Assembly (NCBI GenBank): GCA_051418015.1
Contig: JBPRGF010000031.1
Location: 1-64,000 of the forward strand
Length of the DNA: 64,000 nucleotides
Reading direction: 5' to 3'
DNA from: Candidatus Nitrospinota bacterium M3_3B_026
Lineage (GTDB): Bacteria > Nitrospinota_A > UBA7883 > JBPRGF01
Made by a program: the position numbers and the translations under genes
In this document: positions 38,602 to 51,411 of the stretch, piece by piece
Position numbering within the stretch: position 1 is the stretch's first letter
Layout of the letters: the number at the start of each line of letters is the position of its first letter
Notes under the pieces: model-generated
What the model saw: the letters and a program-made list of their open reading frames with translations, nothing else
Told to the model about the DNA's origin: nothing
Database searches by the model: none

Positions 38602-39309
38602 TCAGGGCGCGGCGGCGGCCAGGGCCTCCATCCAGGCGGGGGCGAGGCGCAACTCGAGATATACCCCCAGGGCGGTGAAGGCGAGCGCCAGGGCGAGGTA
38701 TCTTACGGGGTAGTCGAGCTTCACCGGTCTTCGCTCCAGTTTCATGTAGAAGACCGCCGCCGCCGAGATCGCCGCCATCGCCCGGCCCACGTGGCAGGCC
38801 GCCTCCCATGGCGCAAGGGAGAGGAAGAACGCCGTCCATCCGCTCCCCTCGCCGGCCAGGAAGCCCCCCGCCCTCACGCCCGCGCCGCCGGCCGCGTCGG
38901 CCCATGCCACCAGCGCGAAGGCTCCGCCGGACAGGCCCGAGAGAACCACGGTGATCAGAAGCTCCACCAGCCGCTGGCCCGCCAGGGGGGCGGGATCACC
39001 GGCGAAGGCGGAGGAGACCGCCGGGGCGGCATGAAGCCTTCCCGCCATGAAGTCCGGCGCCATGCCCGTCAGGACGCCGGTAAGCGAAAAATGGACAGCG
39101 GCCCACAGGATCATTATCCAGAACGTTTTCGAGTACTCTTCCCTGCGGACGTAATAGAAAAACGGCGGGAAGAGGGAGGCGGCGAGGATGAAGGGCGAGA
39201 AGGCGTAAGGAAAGGCGAAGGAGACAAGCAGCGCGAAAGGCGCCGCGCCGAGGACGTAGAAAGGCGCCGCGCCGTCCCGGAAAGCCTCCCGCAAAAAAGA
39301 GCGCATCAT
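38602..39309 (-). CDS. Hypothetical integral membrane protein
   Basis: Multi-TM ORF collinear with the upstream operon. Confidence 0.65.
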   Translation of the reverse strand: MMRSFLREAFRDGAAPFYVLGAAPFALLVSFAFPYAFSPFILAASLFPPFFYYVRREEYSKTFWIMILWAAVHFSLTGVLTGMAPDFMAGRLHAAPAVSSAFAGDPAPLAGQRLVELLITVVLSGLSGGAFALVAWADAAGGAGVRAGGFLAGEGSGWTAFFLSLAPWEAACHVGRAMAAISAAAVFYMKLERRPVKLDYPVRYLALALAFTALGVYLELRLAPAWMEALAAAAP

Positions 39310-39430
39310 CGTGTCATTTCAAACAGGCAGTGTCATTTCAAGCCGCGAGGGGGGGCCAGCCTAAGAATCCCACAGCCGCGCCCGTTAATATGAGACTCTT
39401 CATTTCGCTCAGCATGACATCGCAAAAAAA

Positions 39431-40180
39431 TCAACGCCTGTTTTTCTCCCATATCTTCACATATTTGCAGAAGACATGATACGCCGAGAGGCCCGCCGCG
39501 ATGAGCCCGGGAACGCCGTCCAAAAACCCGAGCTTGAGAACGTACATCTTCAGGAAAGTCGCCGGCGGCCGGGCCGCCATGGAGAACCATCCAGCCCGCG
39601 CTCCCCTGGCCGCCCTCTCGGCGGCGGCTATGTCCGTGAAGGCGTTGATGGTCCTGAGATGGTCGGAGATATCGTCGAAGGAGAGATGGTAGATGTCGCC
39701 CCGGAGGTTCTCGAGTCTGCCTTCCAGGATTATCCTGTCGTGCGGGTTCTCTCCGCCCCACCGCCCCTTGTCCCGGCGGAAGAGCCGTACCTTGCGGGCG
39801 GGATACCATCCCCCGTGGCGTATCCAGCGGTTTATGTAATAGACCAGCCTGGGCGCCGCGTAGCCGTCCGCGCGGGGGTTTTCCAGGACTTTCAGTATCT
39901 CCTCCCGCAACTCCGGCGAGACGATCTCGTCGGCGTCGAGACTGAGGACCCACTCCCCGCGGGTCTGGTCTATGGCGAAATTTTTCTGCTGGATGTGCCC
40001 CTCCCATTCGTGGAAGACGACCCGCGCCCCTATGGACTCGGCCATCCTCACGGTGTTGTCCGTGGACCCGCTGTCCACGACCACGATCTCATCGGCGAAG
40101 GAGAGGCTCTCGAGGCAACGGCCGATCTTCTCCTCCTCGTTGAGGGTTATGACCGCCGCGGAGAGTTTTATGTTCGTCAA
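39431..40180 (-). CDS. Glycosyltransferase family 2 (WaaE/KdtX-like, LPS core)
   Basis: ITLNEE, VDSGSTD, WVLSLDADE, GFLDG.PG. Confidence 0.9.
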   Translation of the reverse strand: MTNIKLSAAVITLNEEEKIGRCLESLSFADEIVVVDSGSTDNTVRMAESIGARVVFHEWEGHIQQKNFAIDQTRGEWVLSLDADEIVSPELREEILKVLENPRADGYAAPRLVYYINRWIRHGGWYPARKVRLFRRDKGRWGGENPHDRIILEGRLENLRGDIYHLSFDDISDHLRTINAFTDIAAAERAARGARAGWFSMAARPPATFLKMYVLKLGFLDGVPGLIAAGLSAYHVFCKYVKIWEKNRR

Positions 40181-40356
40181 TCCGCCTCGGGAAGTTTCTT
40201 CGCCTCCTCTATGAGCATCACGGGGATGTCGTCCCTGATCTCGTACAGCAGGCTGCATGCGCGGCAGATGAGGCCGTCCTCTTTTTCCGTCAGCTCGAGC
40301 TCGCCCTTGCACTTGGGGCAGGCCAGTATGTCCAGAAGCTCCTTGTCTATGCCCAT
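40177..40356 (-). CDS. Trm112/YcaR family protein
   Basis: LLDILACPKCKG...IRDDIPVMLIEEA. Confidence 0.9.
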   Translation of the reverse strand: MGIDKELLDILACPKCKGELELTEKEDGLICRACSLLYEIRDDIPVMLIEEAKKLPEAD

Positions 40357-40524
40357 GTCCTTATCATCCCTTGAAGTTTCGTGGTTCGTCTCGCTGGGAT
40401 AGATTATATCCCGCCCGCCGCGCTGGAAAAACCGGGAAAAATCCGGGATCATCGCTGGCAAAGAGCGCCGAAGAGATGTAGATGTATTAGTAGACCAGAG
40501 AAAAACCACGAGAAGGCGGAACGA

Positions 40525-42099
40525 ATGACGGAAAACGAGGCTCCCCCCCTGATCCGGGCGCTCATGGACCCGGCGGTCTACGATCATCCCGCGCCCTCCC
40601 TCCGCCTGCTCCAGACGCACATATCATGGGTCATCCTGACGGGCTCCTTCGCCTACAAGATCAAAAAGCCCGTGGACCTGGGTTTCCTGGATTTCTCGTC
40701 CCTCGAAAAACGCGGGTTCTACTGCCGGGAGGAGCTGCGGCTGAACCGCCGCCTCGCGCCGGAGCTCTACCTCGACGTCGTGGAGATCAAGGGAACAGCG
40801 GAAAAACCGCGTCTCGGCGGCCGGGGCGGGGCGATCGAGTATGCCGTGAAGATGAACGAGTTTCCCCAGGAGGCGCTGCTCGACCGCGTGTTGAGACGTG
40901 GCGAGCTCTCCCCGGCGATGGTCGATTCGCTTTCGCGCGCGATCGCCCGATTCCACAGCGGCGCCCCCGCGGCGGACCCCAAAAGCCCCTTCGGGACGCC
41001 GGAGCGCGTCCGCGCCCCCGTGGACCAGAATTTCGAGCAGATATCCAAGAGGATATCCGCCTCCGGGGACAGAGAGCGGCTCGAGCGCCTGAGGGAGTGG
41101 AGCGAGCTGGAGTTCAAGGAGCGAAAGGGCGCCATCAAGGCCCGCAAGGCCGGAGGGTTCATCCGCGAGCTGCACGGCGACATGCACCTTGGCAACATGG
41201 CCCTCGTGGACGGCGAGATCGTGATATTCGACTGCATAGAGTTCAACGAATACCTGCGCTGGATAGACGTCATGGGCGAGACGGCCTTCCTGGTGATGGA
41301 CCTTGCCGACCATGGCCGGGCCGGCCTCTCCTGGCGGGCGCTGGACGAATACCTCGCGGCCACGGGCGACTACGGCGGCCTGTCCCTGCTGCGCTACTAC
41401 CTCGTCTACCGCGCCCTGGTGCGCGCCAAAGTGGCCAGCATAAGGCTCGCCCAGGAAAAGCCGGGCCAGGGGGACGAAGAGAGCGCCCATTACAGGGACT
41501 ATTTCACCCTCGCCGAAAAGTACGCCTCCCCGCCCCATCCAAAGCTCATCATCACCCACGGCCTCTCCGGCGCGGGGAAGACCGCCGTATCCCAGAAGCT
41601 GCTTGAGTCCATGGGGGCCGTCCGCGTCCGCTCGGACGTGGAGAGAAAACGCCTCTTCGGCCTCGCGCCGGACGAACGGGCGCCCGCCGCCGTGGGGGAG
41701 GGGCTGTACGCCCCCGAGGTCAACCGAGGGGTATACCTGCGGCTCGTGGATATCGCGAAGACGATCATCGGCGCGGGTCTTCCGGTGATAGTGGACGCGG
41801 CTTTCCTGAAAACCTCCGGCCGCGCCGCGTTCCGGAGCCTTGCCGAGACGCTGGGCGTCCCCTTCGCCATCCTCGACGTCACGGCCGATGAGGACGTCTT
41901 GCGAAAGCGCGTCGCAAAGCGCGAGGCGGAAGGCGCCGACGCCTCGGACGCGACGGTGGCCGTGCTGGAGGAGCAGATCAGAACCCACGAGCCGCTGTCG
42001 GAGCGCGAAAGGGCCTTTTCCATAAGGGTCGATACGACAAAAGGCTTCAGCCTGGAGGACGTCGAGGACTTCGTGAAGAGCCAACCCATGTCCCGGTGA
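40525..42099 (+). CDS. Bifunctional aminoglycoside-phosphotransferase-like / AAA_33 kinase protein
   Basis: THISWV, HGDMHLGN, FDCIEFN, GLSGAGKT, RSDVERKRL. Confidence 0.88.
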   Translation: MTENEAPPLIRALMDPAVYDHPAPSLRLLQTHISWVILTGSFAYKIKKPVDLGFLDFSSLEKRGFYCREELRLNRRLAPELYLDVVEIKGTAEKPRLGGRGGAIEYAVKMNEFPQEALLDRVLRRGELSPAMVDSLSRAIARFHSGAPAADPKSPFGTPERVRAPVDQNFEQISKRISASGDRERLERLREWSELEFKERKGAIKARKAGGFIRELHGDMHLGNMALVDGEIVIFDCIEFNEYLRWIDVMGETAFLVMDLADHGRAGLSWRALDEYLAATGDYGGLSLLRYYLVYRALVRAKVASIRLAQEKPGQGDEESAHYRDYFTLAEKYASPPHPKLIITHGLSGAGKTAVSQKLLESMGAVRVRSDVERKRLFGLAPDERAPAAVGEGLYAPEVNRGVYLRLVDIAKTIIGAGLPVIVDAAFLKTSGRAAFRSLAETLGVPFAILDVTADEDVLRKRVAKREAEGADASDATVAVLEEQIRTHEPLSERERAFSIRVDTTKGFSLEDVEDFVKSQPMSR

Positions 42100-42185
42100 C
42101 CCCCGCTCCCCCGGCCCCGCCCCGCGCGCGGGGCTCTTCGCTTCGCGGGACAAGGAAACGCGAACCGGCCCGCCGCCGCTTCCTT

Positions 42186-43007
42186 TCAGCCCTTGACGGC
42201 CCTGTCTATTTTCACGAGGCTTGAAAGCAGGCCCTTCAGCTCGTCCATGGGCCACATGTTGGGTCCGTCGCAGGGGGCGCTGGCCGGATCCGGGTGGGTT
42301 TCAAGAAAAACCCCCGCCACGCCAGCGGCCACCGCAGAGCGGGCCAGCACGGGGATATGCTCGCGGACGCCTCCCGTGGCATGGCCGAGCCCGCCGGGCG
42401 ACTGGACGGAGTGGCCCGCGTCGAAGATCACCGGGACGCCCAGCCTGCCCATCTCGTAAAGCGACGTCATGTCCACGACGAGACGGTTGTAGCCGAAGGT
42501 CGTCCCCCGCTCGGTGAGGGTGACGCGCTCGCCCCCCGCGGCCCTGACCTTCTCCACGGCGTTTTTCATGTCCCACGGCGCCATGAACTGGCCCTTTTTT
42601 ATGTTCACCACCTTCCCCGTCCTTCCCGCCGCGGCCAGAAGGTCCGTCTGCCTGCAAAGGAACGCCGGGATCTGCAGAACGTCCAGCGCCTCGCCCGCCG
42701 CCTCCGCCTCTTCCGGCGAGTGAACGTCGGAGAGTACGGGAATTTTAAGTTCGTCGCGTATCTTTTTCAGGACGCGCAGCCCCTCGTCCATCCCCACGCC
42801 GCGGAAAGACTCCATCGACGACCGGTTCGCCTTGTCGTAGGACGACTTGTAGATAAACCCTATCCCCAGCGCGGCGGTTGTCTCCTTCAGCCTCGCCGCG
42901 GCGGCCAGGGCGCTCTCCTCGCTCTCGATCACGCATGGCCCGCCGATGAAGACGAAGGGCAGGGCGGAGCCGATCCTGACGGGGCCGGGCTCGATGGTTA
43001 TGGTCAT
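42186..43007 (-). CDS. kdsA: KDO-8-phosphate synthase
   Basis: GPCVIES, KSSYDKANRSS, IPAFLCRQTDL, KKGQF. Confidence 0.96.
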   Translation of the reverse strand: MTITIEPGPVRIGSALPFVFIGGPCVIESEESALAAAARLKETTAALGIGFIYKSSYDKANRSSMESFRGVGMDEGLRVLKKIRDELKIPVLSDVHSPEEAEAAGEALDVLQIPAFLCRQTDLLAAAGRTGKVVNIKKGQFMAPWDMKNAVEKVRAAGGERVTLTERGTTFGYNRLVVDMTSLYEMGRLGVPVIFDAGHSVQSPGGLGHATGGVREHIPVLARSAVAAGVAGVFLETHPDPASAPCDGPNMWPMDELKGLLSSLVKIDRAVKG

Positions 43008-43017
43008 GATACTCCCG

Positions 43018-45359
<2,342 letters not shown>

Positions 45360-45392
45360 TACAAGCAGAGTGGCAGTGAAAAGAAATATTGA

Positions 45393-46874
45393 TCATTTGT
45401 CATCCGCGGTAAGTTCAAGCTTCTTAAAAATATCCATTATATTTTCAGGTTGAAGAGCCCACCTATATGCAGGATGGACTTCCCAAGCAAAACCAAAATC
45501 AGCAAATTCACTTTGCAAGTAACGATTTTCTTCAAAATAGTATCGAATTATTCTGCTTTTTGTATCCTTTCGAGCAGTTAAAAAGTTAATTTTATATAAA
45601 AATTGAGCAAGTTGTTTTGGTGTGGCTTCTTTGTTGTTAGAAAATTTAAAACTTCCTGATTCAATAATTTGCTTAATTTTGCTAATCAATGCGGCTGTGC
45701 TATAGCAGTAGCCGGTGGAAGTTTGGCGCTCCTTTTTGTTTGGCCTCATTCCCATTATTAAGCGTTCTACATCTGGGAGTTCAGAACGATATTCATTTAT
45801 TGTGTCTTGTATTCTTCCTTGAGAATATTCAAAAAACACATTTTCCAAATCTGCTGTTTGAATAATATTTGATTTTCTATCAAACGCTTTTTTTGCTGCT
45901 AAGGTGCATAATTTGACTAAATCTCTGGGACGTTTTCTTATTAATGACATTAATACTCTGTATACAGGGGCATTTTCCCAGTGGCCGAAACCAGAAAACC
46001 GTTTTTCAAAAACCGAGTCAAGATAATGTGCAATTTTAACTTGTTTTTTTTCAATTAAATCTTGTTCGTTAATTGTGCGCCCAAAAAAGGTTTCGATTCT
46101 TTTTATTAAAAGAACGAGGATTTCATGATTTGTCCAGCTATACCAAATAACGGAACTTTCTATCTTATCAGTTGATTCGTCCGATGTTCTAACAAGAAAA
46201 TAAACATCGGATCTTAGTGCAACTCTAAACCTGATTTCTTTATTATCATTGCTAACATCCCGGATCGCATTCAAAAGGGCGGAAATTCGTCGAATCCCTT
46301 CTTCTTTTCCCTCCCACCCGCGGTCAAGATCATCGATATAAACAGAAACAGTATTAGAGTCAAGAAAAGATCTAATAATACTTTTTTTTGTCGGATCTAA
46401 TGTTATCTTCTCATCAAGATAAGGTTTTAAGGTGTCTTTAAGGAAATTAAATACTTTCCCCCCATGTATTTTTAAATTTGACAAATTAGTAGTTCCAATT
46501 CCAACGTGTTCTAAGATACGTGAGGCGATTATTTCATTTAGTCCTTCTTTCCAGTTTCGTATAAGCTGTAAAAATTCACTCTCATTTTTGCCAAGCTCTA
46601 TTACATCATCTGGCCTTAAGAATACAGGAAGTATCCCATTTTCAATATCTTCATTATAGGCAACTTTAAAAAGAGCGGATTTCCCAACCCCTTTGTGTGC
46701 TACAAGAATACGAAGCGACGAACTTGAGGTTATGCGGTCATATACTTTATGTTTAAAATAATATTCTTTAAGTCGTTCAAAGTTCTCGTCCTCAGCGGCT
46801 TCATGACCGAAAAGTTTCTGGATGTTTTCTTCAGAAAAGACAATGCCATTATTTGTTGACCCTTCAGTACGCAT
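45393..46874 (-). CDS. AT-rich P-loop ATPase (Sll1717/FunZ-like)
   Basis: FGHEAAEDE, HKGVGKS Walker A, YIDDLD Walker B, LRSDVY, RPRDL. Confidence 0.75.
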   Translation of the reverse strand: MRTEGSTNNGIVFSEENIQKLFGHEAAEDENFERLKEYYFKHKVYDRITSSSSLRILVAHKGVGKSALFKVAYNEDIENGILPVFLRPDDVIELGKNESEFLQLIRNWKEGLNEIIASRILEHVGIGTTNLSNLKIHGGKVFNFLKDTLKPYLDEKITLDPTKKSIIRSFLDSNTVSVYIDDLDRGWEGKEEGIRRISALLNAIRDVSNDNKEIRFRVALRSDVYFLVRTSDESTDKIESSVIWYSWTNHEILVLLIKRIETFFGRTINEQDLIEKKQVKIAHYLDSVFEKRFSGFGHWENAPVYRVLMSLIRKRPRDLVKLCTLAAKKAFDRKSNIIQTADLENVFFEYSQGRIQDTINEYRSELPDVERLIMGMRPNKKERQTSTGYCYSTAALISKIKQIIESGSFKFSNNKEATPKQLAQFLYKINFLTARKDTKSRIIRYYFEENRYLQSEFADFGFAWEVHPAYRWALQPENIMDIFKKLELTADDK

Positions 46875-48267
46875 GTTTGTTCACGAACCCTTTCCAGATG
46901 GTCAGCCACAGTATCTTTATATCAAAAAGCAGCGACCAGTTCTCTATGTAATAAAGGTCGTATTCTATCCTCTTTTCAAGCGACGTGGCGCCCCTCCATC
47001 CGTTCACCTGCGCCCAGCCGGTTATTCCCGCCTTCATTTTGTGCCGCAGCATGTACATGGGGACGCTCTTTTTGAACCCCTCGACGAACACCGGCCGCTC
47101 CGGCCTGGGGCCGACGAGGCTCATGTCGCCCTTGAGGACATTGAAAAGCTGCGGCAGCTCGTCCAGGGATGTCCCGCGTAAAAACTCGCCGATCCTCGTC
47201 CTGCGGCCGTCGTCCCTGCTCGCCCAGACGGGGCCGGTCTTCTTCTCCGCGCCCTCCTTCATGGAGCGGAACTTGTATATGATGAAAGGCTCCCCGCCGA
47301 GGCTCATCCTCTCCTGCCTGTAAAGCAGCGGGCCCTTCGACTCGAGCTTTATCAACACGGCGATGACGGCCATGAGCGGCGACAGCAGGACTATCATGAC
47401 GGACGAGACGGCGATGTCGAATATCCTTTTGAGGACCAGGTTCCAGCCGTACATGGGGCTTTCGGTGAGGGAGACTATGGGGATGCCGTCGAAGTCCTCC
47501 ACGCCGGAGTTGAGCCTCATGAACTGCATGATGTCCGGGGCCAGCTTGATGTCCACCACCTCGTCGTCCAGCAGCGCGAGGGTCTTGTCCAGCCGGTCGT
47601 GGGCATAGCGCGGCAGGGCTATGAATATCTGGTCTATCCCGTGTTTCTTGATGACCTCCTTGACGCTGTCGATGACGCCTATGACCTTGTGTCCGTAATG
47701 CGTCTTTCCCACGTCCTTTTCTTCGTCCGCCAGCATCCCCACCACCTTCAGGCCGGACTCCGGGTGCATCGAAAAGGTCTCCGCCAGCCTCTGCCCCAGC
47801 TCCCCCGCGCCCACGATGAGGACATAGCGGAGGTTGTAACCCCTGCGGCGGACGGTTCTGAGGATCGTCCTGATGGCCATGTGGGATATCACCAGCGCGG
47901 CTATGCTGAACCCCCAGAAGAAGGCCATCACGCCCCGCGAATAGGCGTATTCGCGGTAGAAGAAGGCAGCGGCCATCATTATCACGGCGGAGATGGTCGC
48001 GGTCTTGAATATCCGGTAATATTCGTGGAAACGGGAGTCGGACCGCATCTGGGAATAAAGCCCCCCCACCTGCAGGGAGACCGCCCAGATGAGCACGACT
48101 ATCGGAATGACCTTGATGTAAAGCCAGATGTCCGGGACGCCGTAGTAGACGGGGACAAGGCCGGAGTGGAACCGGAAGAAATAGGCGGCGACCCAGGAGA
48201 GGACAACCGCCCCAATGTCCGCCACGAGCATCATGGCGAGAAATAATTGATTATGCTTTTTCAGCAT
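46864..48267 (-). CDS. Undecaprenyl-phosphate glucose phosphotransferase (WcaJ-like)
   Basis: KRIFDI, KFRSM, SLDELPQLFNVLKGDMSLVGPRPER, GITGWAQVNG. Confidence 0.93.
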   Translation of the reverse strand: MLKKHNQLFLAMMLVADIGAVVLSWVAAYFFRFHSGLVPVYYGVPDIWLYIKVIPIVVLIWAVSLQVGGLYSQMRSDSRFHEYYRIFKTATISAVIMMAAAFFYREYAYSRGVMAFFWGFSIAALVISHMAIRTILRTVRRRGYNLRYVLIVGAGELGQRLAETFSMHPESGLKVVGMLADEEKDVGKTHYGHKVIGVIDSVKEVIKKHGIDQIFIALPRYAHDRLDKTLALLDDEVVDIKLAPDIMQFMRLNSGVEDFDGIPIVSLTESPMYGWNLVLKRIFDIAVSSVMIVLLSPLMAVIAVLIKLESKGPLLYRQERMSLGGEPFIIYKFRSMKEGAEKKTGPVWASRDDGRRTRIGEFLRGTSLDELPQLFNVLKGDMSLVGPRPERPVFVEGFKKSVPMYMLRHKMKAGITGWAQVNGWRGATSLEKRIEYDLYYIENWSLLFDIKILWLTIWKGFVNKHAY

Positions 48268-48371
48268 CTTATGGAGCGCCGTACCCTTTTACCCATCCCG
48301 GAGAGTATAAACCAGACGCTCCCTTTTGTGAAGCGCCGGATGGGGGCGGACGCCGAAAGCTTTTTCAGGAG

Positions 48372-48698
48372 TCAGGAGGAGGTACTGGAGGGTTCGGCGG
48401 GTGTTTTCGAAAAGCCCCCGCCGCGCCCGGCTCTGGCGCTCTCTTCACGCGGCGCCGTTGTTCCGCGGGGCCTGTCGTAGGTAATGGGCCCCTCCGCGGC
48501 CCTCCCCGCCGGTCTCGCCCCGCCTTCTGAGACCGTGGCGCGGGTCATGGCCTCGGCGGAGATATCCACCCTGTCCCGGGCGCCGACCTGGTAGACGCGC
48601 CCCGTCCTGACCCTGCTCGTCCTGTTGGCGTAGAACTGTTGCCTGTCGTACAGCGAGAGCGCCTTTGCGGCGCTGGCGATTCCTGTGATGGGCGCCAT
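48372..48698 (-). CDS. Hypothetical protein
   Basis: RBS-preceded ORF after the fliT-like gene; DRVDISAEA motif. Confidence 0.55.
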   Translation of the reverse strand: MAPITGIASAAKALSLYDRQQFYANRTSRVRTGRVYQVGARDRVDISAEAMTRATVSEGGARPAGRAAEGPITYDRPRGTTAPREESARAGRGGGFSKTPAEPSSTSS

Positions 48699-48708
48699 CT
48701 CGATCCTG

Positions 48709-49182
48709 CTACAGTTTCAAGTCCTTGTATTTTCCGTAGATATCCTTTTTTGACCGGCTGCCGTACCCGGCCAGGCTCTTTTTTGTCCTGGCGATATCGC
48801 TGAACTGCCCGCGGACAGCGCCGCTCTCGGCCTCCAGGGCCCTGCGGCCCTCCTCGTCTATCTCCATGATTTCCATGACGATCCCCCGGATATCCTTCAG
48901 GAGGCTTTCCGCTTCGCCCTCTTCGGGGGAGGCGCTCTCCTTCCCCTCAGCGGCCAGCTTTTCGATCCGGGCGTCGTTTTCCCTTATTTTCTCGAGCGTT
49001 TTGTCCCTTTCGGCCATGAGGGAGAGGAGAACGGCCGGGTCCGCGCCCTCCCCCAGCCTCTCGTTCATCTCTTTTGCCCGGCCCAGAAGCTCCTGGTAGA
49101 GTTTTTTATGCTCTTTCAAAAGCTTCAGCGCCGCCTCGCTGTTTCGCATAATTTCTCCCGGCGGCCCCGCGGGCTCGTTCAA
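48709..49182 (-). CDS. FliT/FlgN-like flagellar chaperone
   Basis: Helical protein ending LAGYG...KDLKL; coupled to the fliD-like gene. Confidence 0.55.
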   Translation of the reverse strand: MNEPAGPPGEIMRNSEAALKLLKEHKKLYQELLGRAKEMNERLGEGADPAVLLSLMAERDKTLEKIRENDARIEKLAAEGKESASPEEGEAESLLKDIRGIVMEIMEIDEEGRRALEAESGAVRGQFSDIARTKKSLAGYGSRSKKDIYGKYKDLKL

Positions 49183-51017
49183 GCCGTTATGGGGCCAAGT
49201 ATGTTCTCGAAAGAAGTCCTTTTTACATCGTATCGCGTCCGCTCCATCCTTCGCGACAGCAGGTCGTTAACCTCCCCTTCGCTCTTCCTGTAATATTCTA
49301 TCAATTTCCGCTGGAAGGCTATCATCCCCTTGTTTTCGTCCAGGGCGCGGCCCAGAGTCTTCTCGAGCCGTTTAAGGACGCCGTCCGGCGCCTTGTTGAA
49401 CACGTCGCGGGCGGCGGCGGGGTTTTCCGTGAGGCTCTTTTTCAGCCTCGCAAGGTCCACGTCCAGGGTGAAATCCTCGGCGCTCGTTATCCCCAGCCTG
49501 TCTAGCCGCGCCATGACCCCCGGCTCGTCTCTAAGGGGCCGCGGGTGGTCTTTCGGCTTGTCGAGTCCTTCCTTTATCGTCTTGAGGGTGGCTATGTCCA
49601 CGCCCCGGGGAACGGAGCCCGCCGGGAACAGGCCAAGGTCCTTCAACGAGCGGGGGGGGGATGGGATCGACTCCACCCTCCCGTTCGCCGCCAGGGCAAG
49701 ATCCATGGCCAGGTCCTGCGCCCTCACGTTCTCCTGTATCGGGGAACGGCCGATGTTCTCGTAGTTTATGAGGCTTATGGCGTCGTTGTAGGCGGAGGCG
49801 AAAGAGACCACGTTGGCCGCGGCGGCGGAAGGGTCCCTGTACACGGTTATCGTCACGGCGCGGGAGGTTGTCTTTTTCAGCGAAAGGGCAACCCCCGATA
49901 TGGCGTCCCCGACGATGTTCCCGGCGCTTTCAAGACGTTCCCCGTCCACCGTGAGCTTCGCCGTCACGGGGTCTTCGTGGTAATCGCTGTCTATCGCGGT
50001 CTTGAGATGCTTCTCGCCGTAGTCATCCGTCTTGTAAAACCCCAGAGACTCCAGTATCCCGTCCTGGTCCTCGATCCTCAGGCGCTTGTCCGCCCCTTCC
50101 AGGCTCTTTATCACCAGCCTGTCATCCTCAAGCCGCGCCTCGGCCTTTATGTTCTCCGACCCGCCGGTCAGGAACTCGTCGCCGTCGACGTCCTCGGCGG
50201 TGTCCAGGACGCCGTTTCCGTTAACATCCTCGTTGTAGTAAAAACCCGGCAGCCACCGTCCGCCCGCGTAAACGCCCGGCTGGTAGTACACATCCAGCTC
50301 TCCGTTCCCGTTCAGGTCCTCGTTCTGGGTGGTGACGGCGCCGTCCCCGTTAGAGTCCTCGCCGTTGTTTATCTTGTCGCGGATATCGGCCAGGGAGTCT
50401 CCGGCCTCCACGGCCACCGTGTACCCGTTCACCCTGAACGAGCCGGAGAGCCCCAGGGCGGCGTGGGTGTCCGCGCTCTCGTCCGAGGCCACCTGGTGGG
50501 CCACGGCCAGCCGCTCCACCGTGACCGAGTAGCTGTTTTCTTCGGCGTGGATGGACGGCTCGGCGCCTACTATGCCGGGGTGGCTCGATTTCACCCCGTA
50601 GGGATTAAAAGCCTCCTCCAGCTCAAGCGTCTTCACTTTTTCGCTCAGGGCGATGAGACGGTCTTTCAGGCTCATGAAAAAGCTCTCCTGCCCGTCAAGC
50701 GAGCGGTCGTCGCCCTTTCTGAGCTTTTCCAGGATGGCGCCGGGGGCGGGCTTTTCCCTTTCGATGTCGGCGATGAGCTGCTGCGCCCTGTAAGCCGACC
50801 CCGCCTCGCCGCGGTTGACGACCGGCGGGATGTTCCGCCTGTTATAAAACGTGGAGTCTATGACCGCGCGGCTCAGGGAGACCCTGTCCCCAACGCCCAC
50901 ATCGGCCGTGGCGGACCAGTAGCTGGCGGGCGTCCCGGTCTCTTTCCGGGGAGGGCGCCATTCCCTTCCCACGCCGGCCGTGGCGGACCAGTAGCTTGCC
51001 GGCGCCAGGATACTCAT
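49179..51017 (-). CDS. fliD: Flagellar filament cap FliD-like protein with insertions
   Basis: YSVTVERLAVAHQVAS, SLADIRDKIN, AKLTVDG...N.VGDAISGV.LSLKK, F..AYND. Confidence 0.72.
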   Translation of the reverse strand: MSILAPASYWSATAGVGREWRPPRKETGTPASYWSATADVGVGDRVSLSRAVIDSTFYNRRNIPPVVNRGEAGSAYRAQQLIADIEREKPAPGAILEKLRKGDDRSLDGQESFFMSLKDRLIALSEKVKTLELEEAFNPYGVKSSHPGIVGAEPSIHAEENSYSVTVERLAVAHQVASDESADTHAALGLSGSFRVNGYTVAVEAGDSLADIRDKINNGEDSNGDGAVTTQNEDLNGNGELDVYYQPGVYAGGRWLPGFYYNEDVNGNGVLDTAEDVDGDEFLTGGSENIKAEARLEDDRLVIKSLEGADKRLRIEDQDGILESLGFYKTDDYGEKHLKTAIDSDYHEDPVTAKLTVDGERLESAGNIVGDAISGVALSLKKTTSRAVTITVYRDPSAAAANVVSFASAYNDAISLINYENIGRSPIQENVRAQDLAMDLALAANGRVESIPSPPRSLKDLGLFPAGSVPRGVDIATLKTIKEGLDKPKDHPRPLRDEPGVMARLDRLGITSAEDFTLDVDLARLKKSLTENPAAARDVFNKAPDGVLKRLEKTLGRALDENKGMIAFQRKLIEYYRKSEGEVNDLLSRRMERTRYDVKRTSFENILGPITA

Positions 51018-51411
51018 CTTGCGCCCCTCGCGGGAAAAGCGCCCAGGACGCTAAAGTAAAACGCGCCGGGGCCGATAATATGTTCGGCAGGGGAGCAGGC
51101 GCGGACGCAAAGAAAGGGCGAAACGGCGCGCATGAACGCGCCGCCGAGACCGAGGCGGACCGCCGCCGCCGGGGGGCGCAGGGTCATCGGCAAACGCTCC
51201 CGCTCTTTTAGAATCACGCTCCCGCCGCATGGCGCGGGACCGGTTTTCACCTGCTCCGCGCCATGCCTTTTCACAAAGGCAAAAAACGCCTGTCCTCCTT
51301 ATCGGCGCAGGACTTGAATTCTTTAGCCCGAGGCGGATTTTTTTTCAGGAAAAAACGCAAGCGTCAGTATAACAACGGGTTGGAAGCGCTGTCCGGGCGG
51401 CCGCCCGGCGC

